Source: an uncultured Eubacteriales bacterium
Lineage (GTDB): Bacteria; Actinomycetota; Coriobacteriia; Anaerosomatales; JAUVQN01
DNA length: 64,000 nucleotides
NCBI GenBank assembly: GCA_964406675.1
Contig: CAYOSP010000003.1
Span: 63,007 to 127,006 of the forward strand
Reading direction: 5' to 3'
Under the pieces are notes generated by a model. The model had not been told where the DNA came from. It made no database searches and worked only from the letters and a program-made list of their open reading frames with translations. The position numbers and the translations under genes are program-made. The first letter of the stretch is position 1; each line of letters starts with the position of its first letter. Below, in pieces: positions 38,613 through 51,452 of this stretch.

Positions 38613-39906
38613 CGGAGGCAGGTTGTTCGATCCGGCGGTCGGTCTCGACGAGGTCGCCGACCTCCTGTCGGACGACGACGGCCGGATAGCCGCGGTGGGC
38701 GCCGACGCCTCCGAGGCGGCCGGCGCCGCGGGAGCCGACGTGCTCGACTGCGCCGGCTGCGTCGTGATGCCGGGGCTGGTCGACGCGCACACGCACCTGC
38801 GCGAGCCCGGTCGCGAGGACGAGGAGGACGTCGAGAGCGGCTCGCGGGCCGCCGCGCGCGGCGGGTTCACCGCGGTGTGCGCGATGCCCAACACCGAGCC
38901 GCCGCCCGACAGCGGCTCGGGGATACGGTTCCTGCTCGAGCGCGCGGAGGACGTGGCGGTGGTCCGGGTGCACCCGCTGGGCACGCTCACGAAGGGGCGC
39001 GAGGGCCGTGAGCTCGCCGAGATCGGTGACATGATCGCCGAGGGCGCCGTGGCCTTCTCGGACGACGGTGACGGTGTGGCGAGCGCGCGGGTGATGCGAC
39101 GGGTCATGGAGTACGCGAGCCGTTTCGACGCGGTGGTGGTCTCGCATCCCGAGGACGCCGGTCTCGCGGCGGGCGGCGTGGTCAACGAGGGAGTGGTGTC
39201 GACGAGGCTCGGCCTGCCGGGGATCCCCGTCGAGGCCGAGGAGCTCGCCGTCGAGCGCGACATCGCGCTCGCCCGGCTCACCGGCTGCCGGCTGCACCTC
39301 GCCCATCTCTCCACCGCGCGTTCGGTGGACCACGTGAGGCGCGCGAAAGCGGAGGGTCTCGCGGTCACGTGCGAGGTCACCCCGCACCATCTCTTCCTGT
39401 GCGAGGACGACCTGGTGGGGTACGACACCCACATGAAGATGAATCCGCCGCTCAGGACCGCCGAGGATCGCGACGCCCTGGTGGAGGGACTCGTAGACGG
39501 GACCGTCGACTGCATCGCGACGGATCACGCGCCCCACGCCCCGCACGAGAAGGAGGCCGAGTTCGAGGAGGCGCCGTTCGGCACGACCGGCCTGGAGACC
39601 GCGCTCGCGCTGGTGGTGACCGAGCTCGTCCGGCGCGAGGTCCTCGAGTGGGGAGACGTGGTGCGGCTCATGGCCGACGGCCCCCGGCGAGCGCTCCGAC
39701 TCACGGATGTACGGCTCGAACGAGGGGCGACCGCCGACCTCACGGTGGTGGATCCGGACGTCGAGTGGAGCGTCGAGGCGGGCGGGTTCGAGAGCCGCTC
39801 GCGCAATTCCGCGTTCATCGGCCGGAAGCTGACGGGCGCCGCGCGACACGTGCTGGTGGGCGGCGCGCTCGCGCTGCGAGGGGGAGAGGTGGTCACCCGT
39901 GACTGA
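38599..39906 (+). CDS. pyrC: dihydroorotase
   Basis: PGLVDAHTHLREPG metal-binding motif, DHAPH motif, amidohydrolase fold. Confidence 0.9.
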
Positions 39907-41197
39907 GCCCGCTCAGGGTCCCGCGTACCTGGTGCTCGAGGACGGCGCCGCTTTCGAGGGCCGCTCCTGCGGTGCGTCGGGCGAAGCGACCGGCGAGATC
40001 GCATTCAACACCTCCATGGTCGGCTACCAGGAGGTCATGACCGATCCGTCCTACGCGGGCCAGATAGTCACCATGACCCAGCCCCACATCGGCAACTACG
40101 GCGTGAACGCCGAGGACATGGAGTCCCGCGGCGTGTTCGCCAAGGGCATGGTGGTCCGCGAGATGAGCAGGCGCGTCTCCAACTGGCGCGCCGACGGGTC
40201 GCTCGACGAGATGCTGCGCCGCGAGGGGATCGTGGCCGTGGAGGGCGTCGACACGCGGCGGCTCACCCGCCACATCCGCGAGCGGGGCGCCATGCGCGCG
40301 GTCCTCTCGACGGTGGAGACGGACCTCGAGGCGCTCGCCGGGAAGGCGCGCTCCTCCGAGGGGCTCGTCGGCCGCGACCTCGTCCGTGAGGTGGCCGTCG
40401 AGGAGGCGTTCACCTGGACGCCGGAGGGCCCCGCGCCGTTCGACGGCCGTCCGCCGGTCGGGGAGGCCGCGACGGGGACCGCCGCGGCCGAGAGCGCCCA
40501 CGCCGAGGGGCGGCGGCGGGTCGTCGCCTTCGACTGCGGCATCAAGTACAACATCCTGCGCAACCTGCACGACGCGGGCTGCGAGGTCGTGGTGGTGCCC
40601 CCGTTCACCGGCGCCGACGAGGTGCTGCGGCTGGACCCGGACGGCGTCTTCCTCGCCAACGGGCCGGGCGACCCGGCCGCGGTGGAGTACGTGTACGGGA
40701 CCGTTCGTGAACTCATCGGGAAGAAGCCGGTGTTCGGGATCTGCCTCGGGCACCAGATGCTCGGTCTCGCGGTGGGCGCCGGGACCTTCAAGCTCAAGTA
40801 CGGGCATAGGGGCGGGAACCAGCCGGTCAAGAACCTGCTCAGCGGCCGGGTGGAGATCACGAGCCAGAACCACGGCTTCTGCGTCGACTTCGGCTCGATC
40901 GGTCCGCTGATCCCCGAGGCGAGCGGGGGGCTGAGGCACGAGCCCGGCGACCCGGGCGCGTGGGTGGCCGACGGCGTGGCGCCCGTGGTCGACTCGCCGC
41001 ACTGCGGACCGGTGCAGCTCACCCACGTGAACCTGAACGACATGACCGTCGAGGGCATCCGTCTGCTCGACGTGCCCGCGTTCTCGGTGCAGTACCATCC
41101 GGAGGCCGCACCGGGCCCGCACGACGCGCGCTACCTGTTCGGCGCGTTCACGGCGCTCATGCGCGGCGAGACCGACTACCTATCCATGGAGGTGTGA
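39899..41197 (+). CDS. carA: carbamoyl-phosphate synthase small (glutaminase) subunit
   Basis: N-terminus EIAFNTSMVGYQEVMTDPSY. GATase nucleophile context GICLGHQ. C-terminus FSVQYHPEA. Confidence 0.92.
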   Translation: MTEPAQGPAYLVLEDGAAFEGRSCGASGEATGEIAFNTSMVGYQEVMTDPSYAGQIVTMTQPHIGNYGVNAEDMESRGVFAKGMVVREMSRRVSNWRADGSLDEMLRREGIVAVEGVDTRRLTRHIRERGAMRAVLSTVETDLEALAGKARSSEGLVGRDLVREVAVEEAFTWTPEGPAPFDGRPPVGEAATGTAAAESAHAEGRRRVVAFDCGIKYNILRNLHDAGCEVVVVPPFTGADEVLRLDPDGVFLANGPGDPAAVEYVYGTVRELIGKKPVFGICLGHQMLGLAVGAGTFKLKYGHRGGNQPVKNLLSGRVEITSQNHGFCVDFGSIGPLIPEASGGLRHEPGDPGAWVADGVAPVVDSPHCGPVQLTHVNLNDMTVEGIRLLDVPAFSVQYHPEAAPGPHDARYLFGAFTALMRGETDYLSMEV

Positions 41198-41204
41198 GCG
41201 CGTG

Positions 41205-41228
41205 CTGAAGACCGTACTGAAGACCGTA
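41205..41228. repeat. 12-bp x2 perfect tandem repeat (CTGAAGACCGTA) in the carA-carB spacer
   Basis: Counted directly. Lies inside a 16-codon mini-ORF (41202-41252). Confidence 0.85.
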
Positions 41229-41251
41229 CTCTCCCCCGTGGTGGTGCCCTA

Positions 41252-44502
<3,251 letters not shown>

Positions 44503-44506
<4 letters not shown>

Positions 44507-45288
44507 TGCCGGTCGCGCTCGAGCCCGTCGAGGTGGTGGCGAACGACCGCGTCGCCGAAGGGGTCGGCCTCATGCGGCTGCACTGCCCGGGCATCGGCGC
44601 CGAGGCGCAGCCGGGACGGTTCGTGCAGCTGCGCATACGGCGCGAGGCGAGCTTCATCCTCAGGCGGCCCTTCTCGGTCCACGCCGCCTCGGAAGAGGGG
44701 ATCGAGATCCTCTACCAGGTCCTCGGGGTGGGCACGCGCGAGCTGTCCCTCCTGCGCCCTGGGGCGAGGATGGACGCCGTGGGGCCGCTCGGCAACGGCT
44801 TCTCCATCCCCGACGGCACGGAGCACGCGCTCGTGGTGGCGGGTGGGCTCGGCTGCGCCCCGCTCCTGTTCCTGGTGCGCGAGCTCTCGCGCGTCGGGGT
44901 GGCGGTGACGGTCGCGTTCGGCGCGCCCACCCGCGATCGCCTCGTGCGTCTCGACGCGTTCTCCGCACTCGCCCGCCGCGTCGAGCCGGCCACGGACGAC
45001 GGATCGGAGGGCCGCCGCGGCCTGGTGACCGATCTGGTCCCGGGACTCATCGAGGACGACGCCCCCGACATCATCTACTCGTGCGGACCCGAGCCGATGT
45101 CCCGCACCGTCGCGGAGCAGGCGGTCCGGGCCGGCGTGCCGTGCGAGGTCTCTCTCGAGCGGCTCATGGCGTGCGGGATCGGCGCGTGCCTGTCCTGCGT
45201 GGTCACCACCGTGGACGGCCGCGAGCGCGCGTGCGTGGAGGGCCCGGTCTTCGACGCGGAGAGGGTGGTGTGGGGCGCCGATGGCTGA
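44503..45288 (+). CDS. pyrK: dihydroorotate dehydrogenase (class 1B) electron-transfer subunit PyrK
   Basis: FNR-like fold plus the C-terminal 2Fe-2S motif [13 protein letters not shown] overlap with carB. Confidence 0.88.
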
Positions 45289-46249
45289 CGCGCGAGAGAT
45301 GAGCGGCGCGCGAGAGATGGCCGAGATGCGAGACGTCGACACCACGGTCGGGTTCGCGGGCCTCCGGTTGCCGAGTCCGGTGCTCCCCGCTTCGGGCACG
45401 TTCGGATCCGGGCGGGAGTTCGAGCCGTTCGTGGACCTGCGTCGGCTGGGCGCCGTGGTGACCAAGGGCGTGAGCGCCGAGCCCTGGGAGGGCAATCCCT
45501 CGCCGAGGATGGCGGAGACGGCCTCGGGCATGCTGAACTCGATCGGCCTGCAGAACCCCGGTGTCGAGGCGTTCTGCGAGAGCGATCTGCCCTGGCTCAG
45601 GGAGCGCGGCCTCAACGTGATCGTGAACGTCGCGGGTCACGACGCCGACGGCTACGTCCGCGTGATCGAGCGTCTCGAGCGCGAGGAGGGCGTGCACGGA
45701 TACGAGCTGAACGTCTCCTGCCCGAACGTGGACGAAGGCGGGCTGGCCTTCGGGACGAGCTGCGAGGCGGCGGCGATGGTGACCAGCGCGGTCCGCGGCG
45801 TCACGGACCGCGTCCTCATCGTGAAGCTCAGCCCGAACGTGACGTCTCCGGCGGGGATCGCCCGCTCGGTGGAGGCTGCGGGAGCCGACGCGGTGAGCGT
45901 GATGAACACGCTGCTCGGCATGTCGATCGACGCCGAGGCGCGTCGCCCCCGCCTCGCGCGGGGAGTGGGCGGCCTGTCGGGTCCGGCGGTCAAGCCGGTC
46001 GCGCTGAGGATCGTGTACGAGGTCTCCCGGGCCGTCTCCGTCCCCGTGCTCGGCATGGGCGGCATCTCGGACGGCACGGACGCGGTCGAGTTCATGTTGG
46101 CCGGCGCCACAGCGGTGGCCGTCGGCACGGCGAACTTCGTCGATCCGCGTGCCACCATGAAGGTGCTCGACGGCATGATCGGCTACTGCCGGGCGCACGG
46201 GGTCGCGCGCCTGCGAGACCTCACCGGCGCGCTCGAGGCGGGGGAGTGA
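45281..46249 (+). CDS. pyrD: dihydroorotate dehydrogenase catalytic subunit (class 1B)
   Basis: ASGTFG, NVSCPN (catalytic Cys) and GGLSGPAVKP motifs. Start uncertain among ATG 45281, 45299, 45317 and 45326 (duplicated start context). Confidence 0.9.
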   Translation: MADAREMSGAREMAEMRDVDTTVGFAGLRLPSPVLPASGTFGSGREFEPFVDLRRLGAVVTKGVSAEPWEGNPSPRMAETASGMLNSIGLQNPGVEAFCESDLPWLRERGLNVIVNVAGHDADGYVRVIERLEREEGVHGYELNVSCPNVDEGGLAFGTSCEAAAMVTSAVRGVTDRVLIVKLSPNVTSPAGIARSVEAAGADAVSVMNTLLGMSIDAEARRPRLARGVGGLSGPAVKPVALRIVYEVSRAVSVPVLGMGGISDGTDAVEFMLAGATAVAVGTANFVDPRATMKVLDGMIGYCRAHGVARLRDLTGALEAGE

Positions 46250-46258
46250 GGTGAGGGA

Positions 46259-46975
46259 GTGAGCATGGACATCCGCGAGCGGGTGATCGTCGCGCTGGAT
46301 CTGGAGGACGCGGACGAGGCGGTCGTCCTGGCGGGCGGGCTGCGCGACCATGCGCGCAGGGTGAAGGTCGGACTCACGCTGTACCTCTCCGCGGGGGTCC
46401 CGGTGGTCGAGCGCCTGCGCGCGCTCGGCTTCGAGGTGTTCCTCGACCTCAAGCTGCACGATATCCCCCACCAGGTCGAAGGGGCGTGCCGGGCGGTCGT
46501 CGGCACGGGGGCCGAGATGCTCACCGTGCACGCCTCGGGCGGGCGAGACATGTTGCGCGCCGCCGTCCGGGGCGCCGCGAGCGAAGCCGCCGAACGGGAG
46601 GTGCGGCGTCCCGCGGTGCTCGCGGTCACCGTGCTCACGAGTCTGGACCGGCCGGCGCTGCAGGAGGTGGGAGTGGAGCGTGGGGTGGATCGTCAGGTGG
46701 CCGCGCTCGCCGAGATGGCCCGCGAGGAGGGCGTCGACGGGGTCGTCTGCTCTCCGCGAGAGGCCGCTGCGATGCGGGCGCTGCTGGGCCCGGAGGCGCT
46801 GGTGGTCACGCCGGGAGTGCGCCCGCACTGGGCCCAGACCGACGACCAGGCGCGCACGGCGACCCCGGCGGAGGCGCTCGCGGAGGGCGCCTCGCATCTC
46901 GTGATCGGCAGACCGGTGACCGCGGCGGCCGATCCTGCACGTGCGTTCGAGCGACTATTCACCGAGGGACTGTGA
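46259..46975 (+). CDS. pyrF: orotidine-5'-phosphate decarboxylase
   Basis: VALDL and DLKLHDIP (DxKxxD) motifs, LVIGRP. Confidence 0.9.
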   Translation: MSMDIRERVIVALDLEDADEAVVLAGGLRDHARRVKVGLTLYLSAGVPVVERLRALGFEVFLDLKLHDIPHQVEGACRAVVGTGAEMLTVHASGGRDMLRAAVRGAASEAAEREVRRPAVLAVTVLTSLDRPALQEVGVERGVDRQVAALAEMAREEGVDGVVCSPREAAAMRALLGPEALVVTPGVRPHWAQTDDQARTATPAEALAEGASHLVIGRPVTAAADPARAFERLFTEGL

Positions 46976-47005
46976 CGGAGGGACTGTGACGGAGGGACTG
47001 TGAGC
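46964..47005. repeat. 14-bp x3 tandem repeat spanning the pyrF stop (GAGGGACTGTGACG x2, GAGGGACTGTGAGC)
   Basis: Counted directly. TGA at 46973 (the pyrF stop), 46987 and 47001 fall in three different frames. Confidence 0.9.
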
Positions 47006-47040
47006 GGGGGAAGGATCGTGACCGGGATGAGGGGAGCGAC

Positions 47041-47625
47041 ATGCAGCCGTTGACGCGGGAGGAGATCCTCACCGCCTTCCATGAGACCGGCGCTTTCACG
47101 GAGGGTCACTTCGTGCTCACCTCCGGCAGGCACTCGGACAGGTACGTCCAATGCGCGCGGATCCTGGAGCACACGGAGCTCACCACGCGCTTCGCCGTGG
47201 ACCTCGTGCAGAAGATGGACACCGAGGAGGTCGACCTGGTGGCCTCGCCCGCGGTCGGCGGCATCGTCATAGGGTTCGCGGTGGCGCAGGCCCTCGGGGT
47301 GAAGCTCATCTTCAGTGAGAGGGAAGAGGGGGCGATGCGGTTCCGCAGAGGTTTCGAGGTGCCCGGGGGCGCGCGGGTCCTGATCGTGGAGGACGTGGTC
47401 ACGACGGGTGGTTCGGTCGCGGAGGTGGCGGGACTGGTACACCGCTCCGGGGGCACGGTCACGGGCGTCGCGGCCCTGGTCGATCGGGGTGGGCCGAAGG
47501 CGTTCGACGCGCCTCTCACGGCTCTAGCTGAGCTCGAGGTGGAGTCTTGGGACGCCGAGGAATGCCCTCTCTGCGCGGCCGGAATGCCGACCACGGCGCC
47601 CGGGAGCAGGGTACTGTCCGGTTAG
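47041..47625 (+). CDS. pyrE: orotate phosphoribosyltransferase
   Basis: PRTase motif VLIVEDVVTTGGS. GAGGGGAG SD. Confidence 0.9.
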   Translation: MQPLTREEILTAFHETGAFTEGHFVLTSGRHSDRYVQCARILEHTELTTRFAVDLVQKMDTEEVDLVASPAVGGIVIGFAVAQALGVKLIFSEREEGAMRFRRGFEVPGGARVLIVEDVVTTGGSVAEVAGLVHRSGGTVTGVAALVDRGGPKAFDAPLTALAELEVESWDAEECPLCAAGMPTTAPGSRVLSG

Positions 47626-47673
47626 CACTTGGCATACTCCCAGGTCAAGGGTATCATCACTCGCATCGGAAGC

Positions 47674-47703
47674 TTGTCGACCGGTCGGCGGTGTGCCTAC
47701 AAT
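47674..47703 (+). promoter_or_regulatory. candidate promoter of mihF-gmk-rpoZ: TTGTCG-18 nt-TACAAT
   Basis: Hexamers at 47674-47679 and 47698-47703, in a less GC-rich 120-bp spacer. A strong SD (GAGGAGGA) follows. Confidence 0.45.
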
Positions 47704-47748
47704 GGTGCGTCGCTGACGCCAGTCCAAGAGGGACAATGAGGAGGAATC

Positions 47749-48057
47749 ATGGCACTGCCGAATCTTTCACCCGAGGATCGCAAGAAGGCTCTCGCCAAGG
47801 CCGCCGAGGCACGCCAGAAGCGCGCCGCACTCCGCCAGGAGATCAAGAAGGGCGAGGTGAGCTTCAAGGAGGTCATGGATCGCTCGGATGATCCGATCGT
47901 CGCCCGCATGAAGGTCTCGACGCTGCTGGAGAGCCTCCCGGGCTTCGGCAAGGCCAAGGCAGCGAAGATCATGGACGAGCTTGAGATCTCCGAGAGCCGT
48001 CGCGTGCAGGGACTCGGGAATCGTCAGCGCGAGCAGCTGATGCAGCGGCTCGGCTGA
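47749..48057 (+). CDS. mihF: actinobacterial integration host factor MihF
   Basis: 102 aa: LSPEDRKKALAKAAEARQKRA ... LPGFGKAKAAKIM. The mihF-gmk-rpoZ order is typical of Actinomycetota. Confidence 0.85.
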   Translation: MALPNLSPEDRKKALAKAAEARQKRAALRQEIKKGEVSFKEVMDRSDDPIVARMKVSTLLESLPGFGKAKAAKIMDELEISESRRVQGLGNRQREQLMQRLG

Positions 48058-48073
48058 GACGCCCGAGCACGCG

Positions 48074-48658
48074 TTGCCTGTCGTACGCGATCGGCGCGGC
48101 AGACTCGTGATCGTCTCCGGCCCCTCGGGAGCCGGAAAGGGGACCCTGGTCGAGAGAGTCGTCGACCGGGTCCCCGGCGTTTGGGTCTCCGTATCGGCCA
48201 CTACGCGTCCGCCGCGCTCCGGCGAGGTGGAGGGGGAACATTACCTCTTCCTCTCGCCCGAGGGCTTCGAGCGGAAGGTGCAGCGTAACGAGTTCCTGGA
48301 GCACGCGTCCGTGCACGGGAACCGGTACGGTACGCTGCGGAGTGAGGTCGAGGCCCGCCTCCAAGAAGGCCTGCACGTCATCCTCGAGATCGACGTGCAG
48401 GGGGCGCTGCAGGTCAAGGACGCGATGCCTGACGCGGTGCTGGTGTTCATCCTGGCCCCGAGCATGGAGGACCTGCGCAAGCGGCTGGAGGCTCGCGGCT
48501 CGGAGGACGAGGAGGAGGTCCGGAAGCGCTTGCGCACCGCCGAGCGCGAGGTCAGGCTTGTGGATACGTACGACTATGTGATAATCAACGACGATGCGGC
48601 CCGCGCCACGGAAGAGTTGGCCGACATCATCCGCTCGCTATCCCGAGAAGAGGACTGA
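48074..48658 (+). CDS. gmk: guanylate kinase
   Basis: TTG start. P-loop SGPSGAGKGT, TTRPPR, guanylate kinase signature region. Confidence 0.92.
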   Translation: MPVVRDRRGRLVIVSGPSGAGKGTLVERVVDRVPGVWVSVSATTRPPRSGEVEGEHYLFLSPEGFERKVQRNEFLEHASVHGNRYGTLRSEVEARLQEGLHVILEIDVQGALQVKDAMPDAVLVFILAPSMEDLRKRLEARGSEDEEEVRKRLRTAEREVRLVDTYDYVIINDDAARATEELADIIRSLSREED

Positions 48659-48666
48659 AGTCACCC

Positions 48667-48912
48667 ATGGTCATAGAACCCGAGGTCGACGAACTGCTCG
48701 CCACCGTCGATTCGAAGTACACCCTGTGCACGATCGCTTCGCGGCGCGCCCGGCAGATCAACGACATGGTGCAGGGCGTGCACGACCAGGCGCTGCTCGC
48801 CATGGCGGCGACGCCGCGCATGGCCGAGTACACGCGCACCAAGCCGCTGAGCCTCGCACTCGAGGAGATCGCCTCCGGCGACATCTCGTACACGCGCGTC
48901 GGCTCCAAGTAG
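48667..48912 (+). CDS. rpoZ: DNA-directed RNA polymerase subunit omega
   Basis: 81 aa: SKYTLCTIASRRARQIN. Confidence 0.9.
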   Translation: MVIEPEVDELLATVDSKYTLCTIASRRARQINDMVQGVHDQALLAMAATPRMAEYTRTKPLSLALEEIASGDISYTRVGSK

Positions 48913-48928
48913 CTCCGGCGGCTCCTCG

Positions 48929-50131
48929 ATGTTCGAGCGGGCCATACTCGTCCACTATCACGAGATAGGCCTCAAGGGGCGCAACCGCGCCCGTTTCGAG
49001 CAGATCCTGCGCCGCAACCTCCAGGCCGTGGTGGGCGATCTCGCCGCGCGGCCCGTGGAGCGCATCGCCAGTCGCCTGCTCGTCCCGCTCGCGGACCCGG
49101 GGTCGAGGCATGAGGCGCTCGACCGGGTGACCCGCGTCCCCGGTGTCTCCTACGCGGCGGACGCCCTCGTCACCGCCCGTGACATGCGCGAGTTCGAGCA
49201 GGCCGCCTTGGAGGTCATGCGCGAGGCCGAGCCGTGGGAGGTCTTCCGCGTCGAGGCGCGCCGGTCGATGACGGACTACCCGATCAGCAGCCAGGACGTG
49301 AACGTCGAGGTGGGTTCGTTCCTCGTGGACGCGTTCGGTCGCGGGGTGGACCTCGACCATCCCGACGCCACCTGCTTCATCGAGATCGTCCAGGGCGACG
49401 CGTACGTCTACTCCCGTCGTGTCGACGGGCCCGGTGGGCTCCCGGTGGGCAGCGCGGGCAAGGTAGTGGCGCTGATCTCCTCCGGGATCGATTCGCCGGT
49501 CGCCTCGTGGCGCATCGCGAGACGCGGCGCCGTGGTGGTGGGCGTCCACTTCTCCGGAGCGCCGGTCACCGACGACTCCTCCGAGCGCCAGGTCCACGAG
49601 ATCGCCAAGGTGCTGCAGCGCTCGCACGCGATGGCCCGCGTGTATTCCGTGCCGTTCGGGTCGCTGCAGCGTGAGATCTCCCTCGAGGCGCCTCCGGCGC
49701 TGCGGGTGCTGCTGTACCGTCGGCTGATGGTGCGCGTGGCGGAGGAGATCGCCGAGCGCGAGGGGGCACTCGCGCTGGTGACCGGGGAGAGCCTCGGTCA
49801 GGTGGCGTCGCAGACGCTCGAGAACATCACGGCGGTGGACGACGCGGCGTCGCTGCCCGTGCTCCGGCCGCTGTCGGGCGACGACAAGCAGGACATCATC
49901 GAGCAGGCCCGGGCCATCGGCACCTACGAGATCTCGGTGGCGCCGGGGTCCGACTGCTGCACGCTGTTCATGCCGCGCAGCCCGGCCACGCACGCCACCG
50001 TCGACGAGGTGCGCGACGGCGAGTCCGGTCTCGACATGGAGCGGATGGTGCGCGACGCGCTCGGGACGATGACGCACCGCGACTTCGAGTGCCCCGCGTA
50101 CGACCCGCCCTCCGGCGACGACCCGGACTGA
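48929..50131 (+). CDS. thiI: tRNA 4-thiouridine synthase ThiI (no rhodanese domain)
   Basis: Ferredoxin-like and THUMP N-terminal region; PP-loop LISSGIDSPVA. 400 aa, so there is no C-terminal rhodanese extension. Confidence 0.88.
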   Translation: MFERAILVHYHEIGLKGRNRARFEQILRRNLQAVVGDLAARPVERIASRLLVPLADPGSRHEALDRVTRVPGVSYAADALVTARDMREFEQAALEVMREAEPWEVFRVEARRSMTDYPISSQDVNVEVGSFLVDAFGRGVDLDHPDATCFIEIVQGDAYVYSRRVDGPGGLPVGSAGKVVALISSGIDSPVASWRIARRGAVVVGVHFSGAPVTDDSSERQVHEIAKVLQRSHAMARVYSVPFGSLQREISLEAPPALRVLLYRRLMVRVAEEIAEREGALALVTGESLGQVASQTLENITAVDDAASLPVLRPLSGDDKQDIIEQARAIGTYEISVAPGSDCCTLFMPRSPATHATVDEVRDGESGLDMERMVRDALGTMTHRDFECPAYDPPSGDDPD

Positions 50132-50137
50132 GCCGCG

Positions 50138-51337
50138 ATGCCGGCGAACGGATCGCATCCACGCCTCCTCGCCCTCGAGCCCTACTACGGGGGGTCGCAT
50201 CGCGCCGTGCTCGACGGTCTCCTGGAGCGGCTCTCGGAAGCCGGATGGGAGCATGACCTGCTGACCCTCCCGGCCCGCAAGTGGAAGTGGCGTATGCGCG
50301 GTTCCGCGGTGACGATGGCCGACGAGGTGGCCGGACTGGTCGGCGAGGTGGCCGGACTGGCCGACGAGGTGGCCGACTCGGCCGGCGCTGCGGACGTGCC
50401 TGCCGGCGATGTGGGCGAGCCGGGCGGCCGGAGCGATCGCTGGGACGTCGTGTTCGCGTCGACCTTCATCGATCTCGCGTCGTTCCGCGGGCTGGCCGGC
50501 CGGCACCTGGGCGACGCGCGATGCGTGGTCTACTTCCACGAGAACCAGCTCGTCTACCCGGTCCGTGTCGAGCGCGAGTGGGACCTGCACTTCCCGCTCA
50601 CCAATGTGACCGGCGCGCTCGCCGCCGACAGGTGCTTGTTCAACACGCGCTGGAACCTCGAGCGATTCCTCGGGGAGATCCCCGCTCTCCTGGGCCGCTT
50701 CCCGGACCACCTGCCGGAGCGCGTCCCCGAGCGCATCGCGGAGAGGTCCCGGGTCCTCCCTCCGCCCTTCGACGGTTCCGCGTTCGACGCGCACCCGCCG
50801 TCGCGCGGCGAGCGCTGTCGCATCGTGTGGCCGCATCGCTGGGAACACGACAAGGACCCCTGGACGTTCTTCGACGCGGTCGAGCGACTCGCCGGCGAGG
50901 ATCTCGACTTCGAGGTGGTCGTGCTCGGCCAGGCGTTCCGTGACACGCGCGAGGAGGTCGAGCACCGCGCTCGGGGGCTCGGTGAGCGCGTGGCGTTCAT
51001 CGGCGAGCCGGAGGATCGCGCCGCGTACGCCCGGTTGCTGGCCTCGTCGGACGTAGCGGTCTCGACGGCGCGCAACGAGTTCTTCGGGCTCGCGATGATC
51101 GAGGCGGCGTACGCGGGCTGCAGACCCCTCGTGCCGGACCGACTCGCGTATCCCGAGGTCTATCCCGAGGAGTACCGTTACGGTGACACCGAGGAGCTCG
51201 TCGCGCGACTGCGCTCCCTCGTGCTCCATCGTCCGGAGCCCATGCTCGCGCGAGGCATCGCGGAGCGGTTCACGTTCGACGCGCTCATGCCCGAGTACGT
51301 GGAGGAGTTGCTGGGGCTCGGGAGCGACGGCGGGTAG
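50138..51337 (+). CDS. DUF3524 / GTDC1-like GT-B glycosyltransferase
   Basis: The N-terminus LLALEPYYGGSHRAVLDGLL ... LTLPARKWKWRMRGSA matches the DUF3524 N-domain pattern as I recall it. C-terminal GT1-like domain (FFGLAMIEAAYAGCRPLVPDRLAYPE). Contains a 21-bp x3 in-frame repeat at 50324-50386. Confidence 0.75.
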   Translation: MPANGSHPRLLALEPYYGGSHRAVLDGLLERLSEAGWEHDLLTLPARKWKWRMRGSAVTMADEVAGLVGEVAGLADEVADSAGAADVPAGDVGEPGGRSDRWDVVFASTFIDLASFRGLAGRHLGDARCVVYFHENQLVYPVRVEREWDLHFPLTNVTGALAADRCLFNTRWNLERFLGEIPALLGRFPDHLPERVPERIAERSRVLPPPFDGSAFDAHPPSRGERCRIVWPHRWEHDKDPWTFFDAVERLAGEDLDFEVVVLGQAFRDTREEVEHRARGLGERVAFIGEPEDRAAYARLLASSDVAVSTARNEFFGLAMIEAAYAGCRPLVPDRLAYPEVYPEEYRYGDTEELVARLRSLVLHRPEPMLARGIAERFTFDALMPEYVEELLGLGSDGG

Positions 51338-51452
51338 GCGGACGGCCGAGTCGCCGGCGGGCCGGATCCTCCTGCGTGAGTGCCTGAGCCGTCGCGTGAG
51401 CGCCGTACGAGACGTAGGTCGATGTGAGGCGCACCGAAGAGAGGAGCGAGGC

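Noticed and set aside
39899-41197. CarA appears long (432 aa), with an Ala/Gly-rich insert (about 40440-40520) between domains; considered as a possible fusion or frameshift
   Set aside because: The reading frame is continuous and both domains are intact. This is most simply a linker expansion.
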